From assembly GCA_000708835.1 (NCBI GenBank), contig DF236985.1:124001-188000 (forward strand): DNA of 64,000 nt, written 5' to 3'. The notes under the pieces were generated by a model. It was not told where the DNA came from. It did no database searches and saw only the letters and a list, made by a program, of their open reading frames with translations. The position numbers were made by a program, and so were the translations under genes. Numbering within the stretch: the stretch's first letter is position 1; every line of letters begins with the position of its first letter. The stretch is from Klebsormidium nitens. Taxonomy: Eukaryota > Plantae > Klebsormidiophyceae. Positions 60,301-64,000 of this stretch are shown piece after piece.

Positions 60301-62791
60301 AGCTGGTTATTGAGTCGGACGCAAACCCGTACTGGTTGGGCGTCATGATCCGGAATATCGCCGGGGACGGCGAAGTGGTGTCCGCAGAGTACCGGTCCGG
60401 ATCGTCCGACTGGAACACGATGAACAAGGTGGACTTCAGGGGCGCCGACTGGTTCATTTACGGCCCGCCGTCGGGCGCGATCACCGTCAGGTGAGTGCGA
60501 AGTTGTGCAAAAACGAAGCGCCGTTGTGTTTGGATAATACTGACGCAAAGATTGTCGGAGTCTGAGCCTTCGCATTATTCTGCTTGTGGTAAAGTTGCGA
60601 CGACTCTGCTTGCCTGTGCTGCTTGAGAAAGACGCGTAGAAGGAAAGCTGTTGAGAAGAAAGCTAAGTGAGAAACGATGCATCTTTGCTTACCGATCCAA
60701 CAAATGTTGCCTTCTCCGTTCTCAGCCCACGGTTGTAGCTTCTACCGTTCATATTCTTACGGCTGTTCCTTTTCGCTACCCAGAATCTCGACTGACCGGG
60801 GCCAGACCGCCGAGCTGACCGACTGCATCCCCAGCGGCTGGTCTCCCGGACAGAGCTACGACTGCGGGACAAACATCGGATCAGGGGGATCCCCCTCCAG
60901 CAACTACAATTCTGCCCCTGCGGACAACCCAGCCCCGTCCGACACTTCGAGTCCCCAGCCTGCGGACACGCCGGCGCCGCAGGAGACTTCCGCTCCGGAC
61001 ACTCCGGCCCCTGCCATGACGTCAGCCCCGGACACCCCCGCCCCGGTGATTACGTCACCTCCGGACACCGCCCCTCCGGACACGCCAGCCCCGGTGACGA
61101 CGTCACCTCCGGACACGCCGGCACCGTCCGATACGTCTGCACCGACCTCGCCTCCGGACACGCCAGCACCGTCCGTTCCGAACATGCCTGCCCCGACGGA
61201 GGCCGTGACGTCAGCTCCGGACACCCCCGCGCCGACGGACACGCTTCCACCGGACACGCCTCCGCCCACGGACGCCCCCACTCCAACGCCGACGGAAACG
61301 AACCCGCCGGACACCCCCCCGCCGTCCGAAACGCCCGTACCGCCGTCACCGGACACCCCAGCGCCTACGGACGCCAGCCCGCCATCCGCAGATGCAGACA
61401 CGGTGGCGCCGAACGCGCCTACGGACGCGCCTACGGACGCGCCCACGGACGCGCCTGCGGACGCCAGCCCGTCGCCGTCTCCCTTGCAATCTCCGTCGCC
61501 TTCTCCGTCCAACTCGCCCTCTCCGTCACAATCTCCGTCACCGTCCCCCTCATTCTCGCCCTCTCCGTCACAATCTCCGTCACCGTCCCCCTCATTCTCG
61601 CCCTCTCCGTCACCTTCCGCGTCACCTTCCCCGTCACTTTCGCCGTCGCCCTCCCCCTCAGCATCACCCGTTACGCCCCTCCCGCCTCCAGAGTCCCAAT
61701 CTCAGCCCCCCCCTTCGGAGTCCCCCATCTCCCCACCCCCCACTACCGTTTCCCCCCCACCACCAGCGGCTATTTCTCCCCCTCCTCCGACGGACCAATN
61801 NNNNNNNNNNNNNNNNNNNCCCCCCCACCACCCAGCGGCTACTTTCTCCCCCTCCCTCCCGACGGACCAACTCGTCCCCCCCTCCCCACCACTTACGNGA
61901 ACCCCCCCCCTTCCAACTGCCCCCCCCCCACCGATGAACGCTGACGACTCTCTGGACTCAAACGCTCCTAGCCCTTCTCCCAGCTACAGCCCCCTCCCCA
62001 GTCCTTCCGCGGCTGCTCTGAAGCTCGGCCGCAAAGGACGCGCCAGATCGGGTTCGAGCCCAAACCCATCTTCGAGCCCTAGCCCATCCGCCAGCCCTTC
62101 TCCGAGCCTTAACCCGAGTCCTAACCCGAGCCCTGACCCGAGCGTTAACCCGAGTCCCAGCGCTTCTCCAGTCTCAAGCCCCGAGCCAAGCGCTAGCCCG
62201 TCCCCGAGCGCCGCCAGCCCTAGCCCCTCTCCTAACCCGAGCCCTAACCCGAGCCCTAACGCGAGCCCGGCTCTGACTCCCGCCCCCACCCCGGTACCAA
62301 CCGCGCAGGGAATGACCCCTTGGGGAAACGCCTTCGAGCCGTTCCAAGACCCCGGGTCAGATTACACCGAGACCGACTGCTCGACTCTCAAGAGCAGCGG
62401 TAACCTGCAGACCAGCACCTCTGGCAGCGTTACGCTCTCGCTGTTCTTAACCAAGTGCTGGGTTAGCACGTCGGGGGGGAGCCCGCTCCTGCAATACCAG
62501 GCCAAGATTGTGAACAGCGACCGGGAGAATTCGGTAACCGGGTTAGATCTGGACTGCTCGGCGTTGCAGCTTTGGAACCAAGAAATCTGGAACGTACAGG
62601 TGTCGGCTGGAGGCGCGTGCACGCTGCCCGCGTCGCGCGTGGCCATAAACCCCGGCGGGTTTTACCACGTGTTCGGGTTCCTGACGACGGCCGCGGCCGC
62701 GCCCGACGTCATCAAGATCCAAAACGTGGTGTACAGCAGTACGGTGTTGGATCCAGACTGCTCGGAGGGAAACCCGCATCCTAAGCACTGA
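57347..62791 (+). CDS. Secreted expansin (DPBB + CBM63-like domains) fused via a long Pro/Ser/Thr-rich stalk to a C-terminal CBM49-like module, 6 exons
   Basis: Exons 57347-57476, 58381-58457, 58782-58891, 59442-59552, 60272-60490 and 60784-62791 are phase-compatible. Signal peptide, then W..GRATFY, GGQC.Y, CGACFEVQC, HFDFD..GF..IA, GIV.IQWRRVQC, YWLGVMIRNIAGDGEV and CIPSGWSPGQSY. The PDTPAP and SPSPS repeats carry a short N gap at 61800-61819. Confidence 0.87.
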
Positions 62792-64000
62792 CCGGATAAG
62801 GGTTAAACACTGGTTTAGTGAGGTCTGACTGGCGTAGAACAGGGTAACTTATATTGACTGAAGCGCGCAAGTTGGTCAGGGATAGGGGCACAATCTCGGT
62901 GCCAATTTGGCGAAGTAGGGGCTAGGACGGTTACCGTATCTCAGGTTGGTGAAAGATGAGTTTGATGTGGACGGTACCGGCGATAACTTATAGGTGGTTC
63001 GGTTTTGGAACTCTGGCCAGCGCGCTCTCCAACTGGTACGTCCCAAAGTGGAATCGTGAGTAATGTGTGACACTGCTACTGGCGGTAGGGAAGAGTATAG
63101 GAAAGACGATTGACGGGTTTCGTAGGGCAAATCCGTACGTTTATGAACTTCTGTGGAAGTTCAGCGCCGCACTGCATGGAATTGTGGCACGCACAAGGAG
63201 CTAGCCCGTTTCCTTCCTCAGACGATAGCATGCGACAACGTGAACTCAGCAATAAGCTAGAATCGTGGCTCAACTGTTTGCACATTGTCTTCACAACGGC
63301 GATCCCTGGCCTGGCTCGTTAATAGGTAGCTAGTGATTTCAATAAGAATGTTGGGGCCGTCGATGACTCATGCATGCACGTAATATGTTGAAGTAAACTC
63401 ATGGATGTCGTAATCTGAGGGTACAGGCTAGCTAAGCCTATTTAGGCCGCTTCAATGCATACACAGTACTAGAACCATCATGGTTATCTGGGCGATCACC
63501 TTTGATCATGCCGCGTATGGCGCTAACAGTATACATGCAAACGTACAGACATAACTAATCAGGATCACTATCATGCTCGACAATATTCATACGTTTTCCA
63601 TACCGCATGAAAGTAGCGCTTGGCCGGCCCGACCACAGAAAACGTGGACCGAATCGGACCGGAATCTCATCAGTGGTCAGGACGTGACGACGTACCAAGC
63701 ATCAGCACTCACGCTCAAACCTAAACGCATGACTTGGTCAAAGTGTCACACAAACGCAACAGATGAAGCGCGATGCCGAAAGGAACACAACACCGTTTAG
63801 CCAAAAAAAAAAAAGTATTTGCTGATGCTCGTTCTACTATGATACTGCTGCTAGCGACTCCTGCCCCTCTCTCCGTCTCGAGATCTCAGACTCGTCAGCT
63901 ACTTTTCCCTTCAAAGAAAAGGTAAACGTGTCGACGATGTCGACATCGACGATCTTTCCGATGAGGTCTATCCCGCCCGGAATGTGGCACAGCCGATTGC

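Noticed and set aside
60960-62290. Regular short repeats that might suggest a CRISPR or satellite array
   Set aside because: They are in-frame codon repeats of the expansin Pro/Ser/Thr stalk, with no constant repeat/unique spacer structure and no cas genes.
63839-63921. Possible first exon of a further gene at the window end (ATG ATA CTG...AAA AG|gtaaac)
   Set aside because: Too short, with no downstream exon inside the window to test it.

Overview
Eukaryotic nuclear DNA with GC-rich exons and many GT-AG introns, so the ORF track splits most genes; I rebuilt the exon chains by hand from splice sites and reading frame. The gene set (PMT/PLT-type sugar porter, SNX2, VIPP1/PspA with transit peptide, expansin, plant START-like protein, SOUL) points to a streptophyte green alga such as Klebsormidium (inference). 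About 12 intact or partial genes are present: the last exon of a germin/spherulin-type cupin, SOUL, a polyol transporter plus a broken second copy, a dual-specificity phosphatase, an RNA ligase, a VIPP1-like protein, a START-like protein, an agmatinase-family enzyme, SNX2, an orphan membrane protein, a MYND-finger protein and an expansin fusion. Four proteins stand out. (1) A five-exon Rnl5/DRB0094-type RNA ligase with all nucleotidyltransferase motifs and a mitochondrial-presequence-like N-terminus. (2) Divergently transcribed from it, a plastid-targeted VIPP1/PspA paralog with a long C-terminal tail carrying a predicted membrane anchor. (3) An expansin fused through a long Pro/Ser/Thr stalk to a CBM49-like module. 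(4) A bacterial-type agmatinase with a signal peptide and C-terminal KEEL. Non-coding oddities include repeated acceptor-plus-exon-start duplications inside introns, three probable GC-AG introns, inverted-repeat elements, a tRNA-derived element and ApT enrichment downstream of genes. No database searches were run, so all family calls rest on recognised motifs.
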